A stretch of 64,000 nucleotides of DNA from an uncultured Niastella sp. (GTDB taxonomy: Bacteria; Bacteroidota; Bacteroidia; Chitinophagales; Chitinophagaceae): the NCBI GenBank assembly GCA_966212235.1, contig CBIHPP010000002.1, positions 291,499-355,498 of the forward strand. The letters are read 5' to 3'. The notes beneath the pieces were generated by a model. It saw only the letters and a list, made by a program, of their open reading frames with translations, was not told where the DNA came from and did not search any database. Shown piece after piece: positions 40,542 to 50,296 of the stretch. Each line of letters begins with the position of its first letter. Positions within the stretch are counted from its first letter, which is position 1. Made by a program: the position numbers and the translations under genes.

Positions 40542-41087
40542 TTATTGTCTTTGAGGAAAAACACCGTACATGCAAATGATATAGTTTACTACCAGGTAAG
40601 GCATCATATTATTAAAGGGAACGCTGCCCCCGGCAGCACTGGTAGCAAGATTCGCGGTGGCGGGTTGCATGGTTACGCCATCGTGCTGGGCATCGTACTT
40701 TTTACTTCCATCATTGGCGAAAAAGCCCGCAGCAGGCGATTGCTGGTTACCGGTTTGGCTGGTAGCCGGCAGATTGATGGAGCCAGTAAGGGTATGTGTG
40801 TGTACCGGTAGTTGTGACCAATTCAACGTGTTTTCAATAGTTCCGGTCCTTTGTCCCAGGGTATAAAAGGGGGACGCGGAATCTGTTCGTCCCACCCCAA
40901 TGGCTGATCTTCCTGCCAGGTTAGGCAGACAAAATGTGGAGATGCCATCACCACCGTAGTTGGTGCCGAGTATGGAAAATAAAGCCTGGTTTTGCTGGAT
41001 ACTTATAAATTGACCGGAGCAGGGTGCCCAGTATTTTGGCGTAAAACCGGGGGCAAACAGGCGAATTTCTCCTAAAAATCCATCCAT
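40542..41087 (-). CDS. Phage tail-collar domain protein, copy 1
   Basis: GEIRLFAPGFTPKYWAPCSGQ, NYGGDGISTFCLPNLAGR, HTH. Confidence 0.92.
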   Translation of the reverse strand: MDGFLGEIRLFAPGFTPKYWAPCSGQFISIQQNQALFSILGTNYGGDGISTFCLPNLAGRSAIGVGRTDSASPFYTLGQRTGTIENTLNWSQLPVHTHTLTGSINLPATSQTGNQQSPAAGFFANDGSKKYDAQHDGVTMQPATANLATSAAGGSVPFNNMMPYLVVNYIICMYGVFPQRQ

Positions 41088-41410
41088 AAATCAACGGGTA
41101 TTAGTGATTAGTGGGTCAAATGTATGTGTATTAGTGTATAAATAACATCAAAACGAGCTTTCTCCCCCTAACATGGGATATAAAGGGATTTCATTAAAAA
41201 TCTCATAAACCTGCTACAGCAAAACAATCAATAAATGCCTACCTTTGCGGCGCAAATCGACGCCCGGCCATTTCTACCCATTGAACGCACCCAACAGTTA
41301 AAACAGGCGCCAATAACCTGCCAATCCGGTTCAAACCCATTGAACATCAGCAAATAGCCCGTGATAAAAATAATTTATCCCTTTATAAAAAGAAATGATA
41401 CAATGCTGTT

Positions 41411-41442
41411 TATACTTTTTAGTATAGATTATTGTACCTTTG
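41411..41442 (+). promoter_or_regulatory. suf promoter region: palindrome TATACT-N4-AGTATA (41411-41426) and -7 box TACCTTTG (41435-41442)
   Basis: Both seen directly; a second TACCTTTG lies at 41240-41247; operator role is inference. Confidence 0.45.
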
Positions 41443-41484
41443 TGCTTCCTAAACAGAAAACAGGTCAATTCAAAAGAATTTGCT

Positions 41485-42930
41485 ATGAATAATGAGCTTA
41501 GTGCAATTGAGAAAACGGTTCTCACTGATTACAAATATGGCTTTGTAACAGATATTGAAGCGGATGAAGCGCCTCCCGGATTAAATGAAGACACTGTCCG
41601 TTTTATTTCAGCCAAAAAGAACGAACCGGAATGGATGTTGGAATGGCGGTTAAAAGCTTATAGACATTGGCTTAAAATGGAAGAGCCTACCTGGGCCAAT
41701 ATTAAATACGACGCCATTAATTACCAGGACATTATATATTATTCCGCCCCCAAGCAGAAAAAGACGATAAACAGCCTCGACGAAATTGATCCTGAGTTAC
41801 GCAAAACATTTGAAAAGCTGGGCATCTCCCTCGATGAGCAAAAACGCCTGTCCAATGTAGCCATCGACGCGGTTATTGACAGCGTTTCTATCGGTACCAC
41901 TTTTAAAGCGCAACTGGGTGAGCTGGGTATCATTTTCTGCTCCATGAGCGAAGCCATTCAGGAGCATCCCGAACTGGTAAAAAAGTATATAGGTTCAGTA
42001 GTGCCTATCACCGATAATTATTTTTCGGCATTGAATTCAGCCGTTTTCAGCGATGGTTCTTTCTGCTACATTCCAAAAGGCGTTCGTTGCCCGATGGAAT
42101 TATCTACCTACTTCCGCATAAATGCTGAGAATACCGGTCAGTTTGAACGTACGCTGCTGGTCGCTGACGAAGGCAGTTATGTGAGCTACCTCGAAGGTTG
42201 TACAGCGCCCATTCGCGATGAAAATCAGTTACACGCTGCCGTGGTAGAACTGATCGCCATGGAAAATGCCGAGATCAAATATTCAACGGTTCAAAACTGG
42301 TATCCCGGCGATAAAGATGGCGTTGGCGGTATTTACAATTTTGTAACCAAACGCGGTATTTGCCAGGGCGCCCATTCAAAAATATCCTGGACGCAGGTTG
42401 AAACCGGTTCATCTATTACCTGGAAATATCCCAGTGTAATATTAAAAGGTGATTATTCAACCGGAGAATTTTATTCAGTTGCAGTAACCAATAACCACCA
42501 GCAGGCTGATACCGGTACCAAAATGATGCACCTGGGAAAAAACACCCGCAGCCGTATTGTATCAAAAGGTATTTCGGCCGGCGTTAGTAATAATAGTTAT
42601 CGCGGTCTGGTGCATATTGGTAAAAATGCAGCCAATTCCCGTAACTTCTCCCAATGTGACTCATTGCTGTTAGGTGACAAATGCGGTGCACATACTTTCC
42701 CATATATCGAAGTAAAAAATAGTTCAGCGGTAGTAGAGCATGAAGCTACTACTTCAAAGATCGGTGAAGACCAGATCTTCTATTGCAACCAGCGCGGTAT
42801 TAATACCGAAACGGCCGTTGCCCTGATCATTAACGGTTTTGCCAAAGAGGTAATGAACCAGTTGCCCATGGAATTTGCGGTAGAAGCTCAAAAGCTGCTT
42901 GCAATTAGTTTGGAAGGAAGCGTTGGTTAA
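41485..42930 (+). CDS. sufB: Fe-S cluster assembly protein SufB
   Basis: [53 protein letters not shown]; start moved to MNNELS. Confidence 0.97.
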   Translation: MNNELSAIEKTVLTDYKYGFVTDIEADEAPPGLNEDTVRFISAKKNEPEWMLEWRLKAYRHWLKMEEPTWANIKYDAINYQDIIYYSAPKQKKTINSLDEIDPELRKTFEKLGISLDEQKRLSNVAIDAVIDSVSIGTTFKAQLGELGIIFCSMSEAIQEHPELVKKYIGSVVPITDNYFSALNSAVFSDGSFCYIPKGVRCPMELSTYFRINAENTGQFERTLLVADEGSYVSYLEGCTAPIRDENQLHAAVVELIAMENAEIKYSTVQNWYPGDKDGVGGIYNFVTKRGICQGAHSKISWTQVETGSSITWKYPSVILKGDYSTGEFYSVAVTNNHQQADTGTKMMHLGKNTRSRIVSKGISAGVSNNSYRGLVHIGKNAANSRNFSQCDSLLLGDKCGAHTFPYIEVKNSSAVVEHEATTSKIGEDQIFYCNQRGINTETAVALIINGFAKEVMNQLPMEFAVEAQKLLAISLEGSVG

Positions 42931-42975
42931 TTCACGATTCAAAATTTAAGATTAAGATAAAATATATCATTTACT

Positions 42976-43734
42976 ATGTTATCAATTCACAACCTGCATG
43001 CAGGTATTGACGAGAAGAAAATTCTGAAAGGTATTAACCTCGAAATAAAGCCAGGTGAAGTGCATGCCATTATGGGACCGAACGGATCAGGAAAAAGCAC
43101 CCTGGCATCGGTATTGGCCGGCCGTGCAGACTATGAAATAACAGCAGGCACGGTTGAATTTGGCGGTAAAGACCTGCTGGAATTATCACCTGAAGAAAGA
43201 GCCGGCGAAGGTTTGTTCCTGGCCTTTCAATATCCGGTAGAAATACCAGGTTTAAGCACCACCAACTTTATAAAAACTGCGGTGAATGAAGTACGTAAGT
43301 ACCGGGGCGAAGAAACGCTGGATGCGGTCGCTTTCCTGAAATTGATGAAGGAAAAAATGGCGCTGACAAATATCGACCAAACATTACTGAGCCGTTCTTT
43401 GAACGAAGGATTTTCCGGTGGTGAAAAGAAAAGAAATGAAGTATTCCAGATGGCCATGCTGCAACCCAAACTGGCTATCCTCGATGAAACGGATTCTGGC
43501 CTTGATATCGATGCCATCCGCATCGTTGCCAATGGCGTGAATAAATTACGCAGCAAGGATAATGCAGTGCTGTTGGTTACACACTATCAGCGTTTGCTGG
43601 ATTATATCGTTCCTGATTTTGTGCATGTATTGTATAACGGAAGGATCGTAAAATCGGGCCCTAAAGAACTGGCGCTGGAACTGGAAGAAAGAGGTTATGA
43701 TTTTATTAAAGACGAGAATAAAGTAGAGGCATAA
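42976..43734 (+). CDS. sufC: Fe-S cluster assembly ATPase SufC
   Basis: MGPNGSGKST, AFQYPVEIPG, LNEGFSGGEKKRNE, LDETDSGLDID. Confidence 0.97.
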   Translation: MLSIHNLHAGIDEKKILKGINLEIKPGEVHAIMGPNGSGKSTLASVLAGRADYEITAGTVEFGGKDLLELSPEERAGEGLFLAFQYPVEIPGLSTTNFIKTAVNEVRKYRGEETLDAVAFLKLMKEKMALTNIDQTLLSRSLNEGFSGGEKKRNEVFQMAMLQPKLAILDETDSGLDIDAIRIVANGVNKLRSKDNAVLLVTHYQRLLDYIVPDFVHVLYNGRIVKSGPKELALELEERGYDFIKDENKVEA

Positions 43735-43780
43735 CAACTCAGCAGGCATTTGGCATTATAGCCGGTACAAAATTTACACA

Positions 43781-45085
43781 ATGAACAATTTAGAATATAT
43801 AAAGGAGCGGTATAATCAGTTACCTTCTGTAAACGATCTGAATGGGCTTGGGGTTATTCGTCAAAAGGCATTTGATGCTTTAAATAAAATGGGCATCCCA
43901 ACCACTCGTCACGAAGAGTGGAAGTATACCCGTATCGGTAGCTTCTTTAATAAAGAATACCAGTATACCGAAAGCCAGGCTCCATTGAGTGCGGCTGAAC
44001 TGGCATCTCTTCGCTTACCAGGTTACGAGCAAGCCAACGAACTGATCTATATCAACGGCCGCTATTCCTCTGAATTATCTGTAGTCCGTTCAAAAGGATT
44101 GACTGTACAGTCGTTGCAGGAAGCTGCGAAGAATGAATACAAAGATATTGTTTCAAAACACCTGGGTAATAGCAGCAATTACCTGAAAGACGGTATCATT
44201 GCCCTGAGCACAGCTTTTGTGCAGGATGGTGTGTTTGTGCATATTAAAAAGGGACAGATCATTGAACATCCCATTTACATTTATAATATTACCGATGCCC
44301 GGGAGGCCAACATTCTGGCACAACCGCGTACGTTGGTGTATGTAGGTGAAAATGCACAGGTGAAGTTTGTAGAAACTTTCAACACCCTGGGTACACAGGA
44401 AAGTTTTACCAACCGCGTGATCGAGATCGTGGTAGAGAAAGATGCTATCACAGAGTATTATAAGATCCAAACCGATGCATCGCACGCCAGCCAGGTTGCT
44501 ACCACGCATATACATCAAATAGGAAAAAGCTATACACATACCGTGACCGTGTCGCTGAATGCAGGCCTGGTTCGTAATAACCTGAACATTGTGCTGGACG
44601 CAGAACGGTGTGAAGCACATTTATACGGTATTTATTTACAACAAGGCCAAAGCCACATCGATAACCATACGGTGGTAGACCATGCCAAGCCTCATTGCGA
44701 AAGCAATGAATTGTACAAGGGTATGTTAGACGACCAGAGCACCGGTGTGTTCAATGGAAAAATATTTGTAAGGCAGGATGCGCAGAAAACCAATGCGTAC
44801 CAAAGCAATAAAAATGTATTGTTGTCGGAAGGCGCGAGCGTAAATACCAAACCGCAGCTGGAGATCTTTGCAGATGATGTAAAATGTTCGCACGGTTGTA
44901 CCATTGGCAGTCTGGATGATGAAAGTTTATTTTATCTGCGTTCAAGAGGTATTCCGGAGAATATTGCCCGTTCGTTGTTGTTACACGGGTTTGTGTTGGA
45001 TATCCTGGAGCAGATTAAATTGGCGCCCATCCGGGATTACGTTGATAAACTGATTTCAGAACGTTTGGAATTTAATATAGCATGA
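43781..45085 (+). CDS. sufD: Fe-S cluster assembly protein SufD
   Basis: EEWKYT, VFNGKIFV, NTKPQLEIFADDVKCSHG, YLRSRGI. Confidence 0.96.
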   Translation: MNNLEYIKERYNQLPSVNDLNGLGVIRQKAFDALNKMGIPTTRHEEWKYTRIGSFFNKEYQYTESQAPLSAAELASLRLPGYEQANELIYINGRYSSELSVVRSKGLTVQSLQEAAKNEYKDIVSKHLGNSSNYLKDGIIALSTAFVQDGVFVHIKKGQIIEHPIYIYNITDAREANILAQPRTLVYVGENAQVKFVETFNTLGTQESFTNRVIEIVVEKDAITEYYKIQTDASHASQVATTHIHQIGKSYTHTVTVSLNAGLVRNNLNIVLDAERCEAHLYGIYLQQGQSHIDNHTVVDHAKPHCESNELYKGMLDDQSTGVFNGKIFVRQDAQKTNAYQSNKNVLLSEGASVNTKPQLEIFADDVKCSHGCTIGSLDDESLFYLRSRGIPENIARSLLLHGFVLDILEQIKLAPIRDYVDKLISERLEFNIA

Positions 45086-46323
45086 TACAAACTAACACCA
45101 TAGCAAAGGAACTGGATGTATATGCCATACGGCAACAGTTCCCGGCACTGAACCGGCAGGTGAAGGGGAATCCGTTGGTTTATTTTGATAATGCCGCAAC
45201 TACGCAGAAGCCGCAGGTGGTGATAGATGCACTGGTTGATTATTATACCAACTTTAATGCGAATGTGCATCGGGGTATACATACGCTGGCTGAGGAAGCA
45301 ACCGCTGCCTTTGAAGCCAGTCGCGATGCAGCCCGTCAATTTATCAATGCTTCCTCAAGAGAAGAGATCATTTTTACCCGGGGTACTACCGAAGGCATTA
45401 ACCTGGTAGCGTATACCTGGGGACGTAAAAATATACAGGCCGGTGATGAGATCATTATCTCCGAAATGGAGCACCACTCCAACATCGTTCCCTGGCAAAT
45501 ATTATGTGAAGAAAAAGGCGCTGTGCTGAAAGTGATTCCCCAGCAAAACGGGGAGTTGTTACTGGATGAATATAAAAAACTGCTGAGTTCAAAAACAAAA
45601 CTGGTTTCTGTAGTGCATGTGTCAAATGCACTAGGGACCGTGAACCCGGTTGAACAGATTATTGAATTAGCACACCAGGCCGGCGCTGTAGTGATGATAG
45701 ATGGCGCGCAATCAACCGTTCACCTGGATATTGACGTGCAGGCCATGGATTGCGATTTCTTTGCTTTCTCCTCACATAAAGTATACGGACCAACCGGCAT
45801 TGGCGTGTTGTATGGCAAAAAGCATTTGCTGGAAGCCATGCCTGTTTTTCAGGGTGGGGGCGAAATGATCAAAGAAGTGTCGTTTGAAAAAACAACCTAT
45901 GCCGATCTGCCTTATAAGTTTGAAGCTGGTACACCCAATATCGGCGATGCCGTGGTATTAAAAGCGGCGCTCGATTTTGTGAGCAAAATTGGTAAGGAAA
46001 AGATCCGGAACCACGAAAATGAATTACTGGCCTATGCAACGGAACAGTTGTTGCAAATACCCGGTGTAAAGATCATTGGTACCGCTGCTAACAAGGTGAG
46101 CGTTGTTTCCTTTGTGATCGATAAAGTGCATCCGCAGGATATCGGCATCCTGCTCGACAACCGCGGCATTGCGGTACGCACCGGTCACCATTGCGCGCAA
46201 CCATTGATGCATTGCTTTGGTATCCCGGGCACTATCCGCGCTTCTTTTGCCATGTATAATACCAGGGAAGAAGTAGATCAAATGATCGTGGGATTGCAAA
46301 AGGCCTTAAAAATGTTATTATAA
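45082..46323 (+). CDS. sufS: Cysteine desulfurase SufS (group II)
   Basis: YFDNAATTQKP, MEHHSN, FSSHKVYGPTGIG, RTGHHCAQP. Confidence 0.96.
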   Translation: MIQTNTIAKELDVYAIRQQFPALNRQVKGNPLVYFDNAATTQKPQVVIDALVDYYTNFNANVHRGIHTLAEEATAAFEASRDAARQFINASSREEIIFTRGTTEGINLVAYTWGRKNIQAGDEIIISEMEHHSNIVPWQILCEEKGAVLKVIPQQNGELLLDEYKKLLSSKTKLVSVVHVSNALGTVNPVEQIIELAHQAGAVVMIDGAQSTVHLDIDVQAMDCDFFAFSSHKVYGPTGIGVLYGKKHLLEAMPVFQGGGEMIKEVSFEKTTYADLPYKFEAGTPNIGDAVVLKAALDFVSKIGKEKIRNHENELLAYATEQLLQIPGVKIIGTAANKVSVVSFVIDKVHPQDIGILLDNRGIAVRTGHHCAQPLMHCFGIPGTIRASFAMYNTREEVDQMIVGLQKALKMLL

Positions 46324-46325
46324 TA

Positions 46326-46799
46326 ATGAGCGATCATAAGACCATACAGGAGATTGAAAATGAAATAGTGGAAGAATTTTCACTGTTCGATTCATGGGAT
46401 GATAAATACGAATATATCATTGACCTGGGTAAGAAGCTGGAAGTACTGGAAGACAAACACAAGCTCGATGAAAACAAAGTGCGAGGTTGCCAAAGCACCG
46501 TATGGCTGGTAGCTGATTATGTTGACGGGAAAGTATTTTTCAAAGCCGATAGCGATGCGATCATCGTAAAAGGTTTGATCAGCATGCTGATCAGGGTGCT
46601 TACAGGCCATACGCCTGATGAGATCATACAGGCCAGCCTGGGATTTATTCAACAGATAGGCATGACGACCCACCTGGCGCAAACCCGTTCAAACGGGTTG
46701 CTGGCCATGGTAAAGCAGATGAAGAATTATGCGCTTGCCTTTAAAATTAAAAACTCAATGTCGCATGGAGAACGAAGCGCTGAAGCAAAAAACAATTGA
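46326..46799 (+). CDS. sufE: SufE sulfur-transfer protein
   Basis: WDDKYEYII, VRGCQSTVW, ADSDAIIVKGL, RSNGL. Confidence 0.93.
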   Translation: MSDHKTIQEIENEIVEEFSLFDSWDDKYEYIIDLGKKLEVLEDKHKLDENKVRGCQSTVWLVADYVDGKVFFKADSDAIIVKGLISMLIRVLTGHTPDEIIQASLGFIQQIGMTTHLAQTRSNGLLAMVKQMKNYALAFKIKNSMSHGERSAEAKNN

Positions 46800-47076
46800 G
46801 GTATTACAAACTATTTTTGATCCCGAATTACCGGTGAGCATTTGGGAGCTGGGTTTGATATATGAAATAAATGTGCTGCCGATCAACAATGTACAAATAG
46901 TGATGACCTTAACGGCGCCGGGTTGCCCGGCGGCCCAGTCGTTACCGGTTGAAGTAGATCAGAAGGTACGCTTGATAGAAGGGGTGAATGACGTGCATGT
47001 GGCGGTTACCTGGAGCCCGGCCTGGAATAAAACTATGATGTCGGAAGCTGCACAATTGGAATTAGGATTTATGTAA
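46765..47076 (+). CDS. SufT/DUF59 Fe-S assembly protein
   Basis: DPELPVSIWELGLIY, MTLTAPGCP, WSPAW...MMSEAA; start moved to MENEAL, overlapping sufE by 35 bp. Confidence 0.92.
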   Translation: MENEALKQKTIEVLQTIFDPELPVSIWELGLIYEINVLPINNVQIVMTLTAPGCPAAQSLPVEVDQKVRLIEGVNDVHVAVTWSPAWNKTMMSEAAQLELGFM

Positions 47077-47077
47077 G

Positions 47078-47112
47078 AACGCTGAATGCAAAATGCTTAA
47101 CGCTGAACGCCA
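47078..47112 (+). repeat. Heptamer tandem repeat after the sufT stop
   Basis: AACGCTG AATGCAA AATGCTT AACGCTG AACGCCA. Confidence 0.7.
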
Positions 47113-47146
47113 GGAAACGTTTTAACAAACAAGAACTCATTTTTAC

Positions 47147-47650
47147 ATGAAAATAACTGCACAGGAAGAATATGGCTTGCGTATATTGATACGACTTGCG
47201 GCATGCAAGGATACGAATGGTATGAGCATTCCGCAGTTAAGTGAAGCGGAAGGCCTTACGGGTACGTATGTGGCAAAACTCACCCGTATTTTGCGCATGA
47301 AAGGGTTTATAAACAGCAAGCCCGGCAATAAAGGCGGCTATGTATTGGCCAAACCTGCGAAAGAAATTGTGATCAATGATGCATTGAAGGCTTTGGGTGG
47401 CCCCATGTTCAACAGTACATTCTGTGGTTCGCATGCCGGCACCATGAAATTGTGTACCAATTCGGTTGATTGTTCGGCCCGTTCATTGTGGCAGATGATA
47501 CAGTATACGCTTGATCAGTTATTAGATAAAGTTACCCTGCACGACCTGGTGAACTCAGAGAAAGAATCGACCAAAATATTATACCAGATGCTGGAACCGG
47601 ATCCGGCATTGAAGCGAAGCATCATGAGTATCATTGCGCCTGAGCAATAA
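47147..47650 (+). CDS. Rrf2 family transcriptional regulator with three Cys
   Basis: MKITAQEEYGLRILI, GNKGGYVLAKPAKEI, C-x9-C-x5-C. Confidence 0.92.
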   Translation: MKITAQEEYGLRILIRLAACKDTNGMSIPQLSEAEGLTGTYVAKLTRILRMKGFINSKPGNKGGYVLAKPAKEIVINDALKALGGPMFNSTFCGSHAGTMKLCTNSVDCSARSLWQMIQYTLDQLLDKVTLHDLVNSEKESTKILYQMLEPDPALKRSIMSIIAPEQ

Positions 47651-47668
47651 AATTATTTGCAACTTACT

Positions 47669-47713
47669 ACGCATAAAAAAATGGATCTGTAATAGATCCA
47701 TTTTTTTATGCGT
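47669..47713. terminator. Bidirectional terminator with perfect 20-bp arms
   Basis: ACGCAT-A7-TGGATCT-gtaat-AGATCCA-T7-ATGCGT between convergent genes. Confidence 0.85.
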
Positions 47714-47742
47714 GTATATGATTACGCTAATTGTCGTATCTG

Positions 47743-48198
47743 TTATCTTTCCAGGAAAATGTGTCTTATGTGAAAAGAATGGCTGCCAGTAGTGAATCTT
47801 CTATATAATTCCAGTTTAGTACCTGTTAACTCCCTGATCTGGTAGGGTTCAGTACCAAATTCATTTTCCAGCGTCATGTTGGCCTCATTAAATTTGTAGT
47901 ACCATTTATAAATCAGAAAATTCCCGCCGAAGGATTTTTCTGACTGAGTAACTGAATCATCATGGCCAAATTCATAATACTCTCCGGGTTGCCCATCATA
48001 TTCCAGCGTATCACTGCGACTTAAAGCATTATATATGGTATCATATCTCTTTACCAGATTCCATTTTTGTTTTAATTGATCGCTTTTAGAATCCTTATCT
48101 TTTTTACAGGAAAATATAAAAAGCAACGTGATGGCCAGGCCTAACGCAATGATAGTTCGACTGAACCGGAAAATTGGGTTAATGTGAATTGATTTCAT
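47743..48198 (-). CDS. Hypothetical lipoprotein (lipocalin-like), paralogue A
   Basis: Lipobox IFSC-KKDK; KWNLV...DT.Y...GEY shared with 52343..52786. Confidence 0.75.
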   Translation of the reverse strand: MKSIHINPIFRFSRTIIALGLAITLLFIFSCKKDKDSKSDQLKQKWNLVKRYDTIYNALSRSDTLEYDGQPGEYYEFGHDDSVTQSEKSFGGNFLIYKWYYKFNEANMTLENEFGTEPYQIRELTGTKLELYRRFTTGSHSFHIRHIFLER

Positions 48199-48461
48199 AA
48201 AGGTTTTTGTATTTGGGTTAACTTAAATACGGCGGTAAAGGTAACGCTAATTGTATTTATCCTAAATACAACCCAAATGCTTAGTTGATAAAATAATTGT
48301 AAGGAATCGTTAAAATCCTGATCTATATCTTAAAATAAATATTTGATGATTTGTGAACTTTTCTTGTAGCCGTGTGAGTGGATCCTCTATTAAATGCAAA
48401 GTGGGCCACACAGGGTGACCCACCTTATAACAAAAACGGTTATGTGTATGTTTTTTATTAA

Positions 48462-49769
48462 TTACTGATCGCCTTTTTCCTTCTTTTCTTTTTCTGCACC
48501 GCCTTCTTTTTCACCCTTGCCCTTTTCTTCACTTTCCTTTTTCTCTTTCTCCTCTTTGTCTTTCTGCTCATTTTCTTTCTGTTCTTTCTCAACGCGCTCC
48601 TTGTCTTCTTTCTCTTTCTGTTCTTTGGCAATGCGGTCTTTTTCGTCCTTCTCTTTTTGCTCTTTTGCGACGCGCTCTTTCTCTTCACGGTCTTTTTGTT
48701 CCTTATCAGCGCGGTCTTTGTCTTCTTTCTCTTTCTGTTCTTTGGCGATACGGTCTTTTTCTTCCTTGTCTTTTTGCTCTTTTGCTACGCGCTCTTTGTC
48801 TTCACGATCCTTTTGTTCCTTATCAGCACGATCTTTATCATCTTTATCTTTTTGTTCTTTGGCTACACGTTCTTTCTCCTCACGGTCCTTTTGTTCTTTC
48901 TCAGCGCGGTCTTTATCTTCTTTCTCTTTTTGTTCTTTGGCTACCCGTTCTTTGTCTTCGCGATCTTTCTGATCTTTCGCTGCACGGTCTTTATCATCTT
49001 TATCTTTTTGTTCTTTTGCTACGCGCTCTTTGTCTTCACGATCTTTCTGATCCTTAGCAGCACGATCCTTGTCTTCTTTATCCTTTTGTTCTTTGGCTAT
49101 GCGGTCTTTCTCCTCTTTGTCTTTCTTTTCTTTATCGAGGCGTTCTTTTTCTTCCCGTTCTTTTTGCATTTGTCCAAAACGTCCGCCCGGTCCAAAGCCC
49201 CTTTTCTCTTTATCCAAACGCTCTTTATCTTCCCTGTCTTTTTGCTCTTTAGCTATACGGTCTTTTTCTTCTTTATCTTTCTTCTCTTTATCGAGGCGTT
49301 CTCTTTCTTCCCTTTCTTTTTGCATTTGTCCAAAGCGTCCGCCCGGTCCATAACCTCTTCTTTCTTTATCCAAACGCTCTTTCTCTTCGCGTTCTTTTTG
49401 TTCTTTATCAATACGTTCTTTTTCCAAACGGTCTTTCTCTTCCCGCTCTTTCGTTGTTGAAAATTTATTAGGGAATGTTGGCCTTGTGGGTGTATTAGTT
49501 CGTGGTGGTGTAGTCGTGGCAGGTGTAGTTGACGTTCTTGTATTCGTGTAAACGGTTTCTGTTTTGTTTACTACAACTTGCGGTTGTCGTTCTTTTATGA
49601 TCACCACTTTTTCAACAACACGCGGTTGCTCTTTAACGACAATTACTCTGGTTTGCGGTATGGGTTGTGGTACATTATTATATACTGTGGTGTGCGACGA
49701 ATGGCATGCGACTAGTAAAATTACTATTCCGGTATAGGAACATACCGATGCAATTTGCTGGTAATTCAT
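48462..49769 (-). CDS. Lipoprotein with long E/K/D/R 13-aa repeat region
   Basis: Lipobox LVAC; Thr/Pro linker; about 21 in-register 13-aa units; start moved to MNYQQI. Confidence 0.75.
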   Translation of the reverse strand: MNYQQIASVCSYTGIVILLVACHSSHTTVYNNVPQPIPQTRVIVVKEQPRVVEKVVIIKERQPQVVVNKTETVYTNTRTSTTPATTTPPRTNTPTRPTFPNKFSTTKEREEKDRLEKERIDKEQKEREEKERLDKERRGYGPGGRFGQMQKEREERERLDKEKKDKEEKDRIAKEQKDREDKERLDKEKRGFGPGGRFGQMQKEREEKERLDKEKKDKEEKDRIAKEQKDKEDKDRAAKDQKDREDKERVAKEQKDKDDKDRAAKDQKDREDKERVAKEQKEKEDKDRAEKEQKDREEKERVAKEQKDKDDKDRADKEQKDREDKERVAKEQKDKEEKDRIAKEQKEKEDKDRADKEQKDREEKERVAKEQKEKDEKDRIAKEQKEKEDKERVEKEQKENEQKDKEEKEKKESEEKGKGEKEGGAEKEKKEKGDQ

Positions 49770-50296
49770 GAGGTACGGTTTTAAAAGGGTTACGCCTACC
49801 TGTTTTTCAATATGTTGCATTTATACAGGTAGTGCTGTTATTATAAACGTTTATAGTTGTTTTTTGGTATATAAAAATAATGTAATTCATTAGTAATGTG
49901 GATAATATACTAAGGCCCTTTAAAAGGACGCTGATCTTCATCATGTTGTTAGTGTTATCAATACACTGATTTGTATCATGAAAACCAGCTTTCAACGAAA
50001 TATGATTACCGGTTTTGGGTATAGATTATTAAAATTATTTAATGTAGCTTAGGCAGAATTTTCTAACTGTTCCGTGTATCCTCTCTAAACTTTCTTCTCA
50101 ACCAAATTAGTCTTTAAGCAGTTTCGGCAGTAAGCACAGTATTGAAACAATACGGTTAAGGATCCTGTATGCCTTTGTTATAAAAACAAAGCGCAATTAT
50201 CTGTACGCCTGGCAGTGAACAATACCGATCGATGTGAACATATCGGCCTGATTGTACTTGTAATTATTTTTCTTTAACCATTTAAATTATGCGCTT

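Noticed and set aside
39433-41087. Prophage or contractile injection system
   Set aside because: Only tail-collar genes are present; no capsid, terminase, sheath, tube, baseplate or integrase in the window
46765-46799. sufE-sufT frameshift or fusion
   Set aside because: Both ORFs are complete; a 35-bp overlap is compatible with ordinary translational coupling
48458-49460. Long F/L/S-rich plus-strand ORFs
   Set aside because: Antisense shadows of the E/K repeat gene
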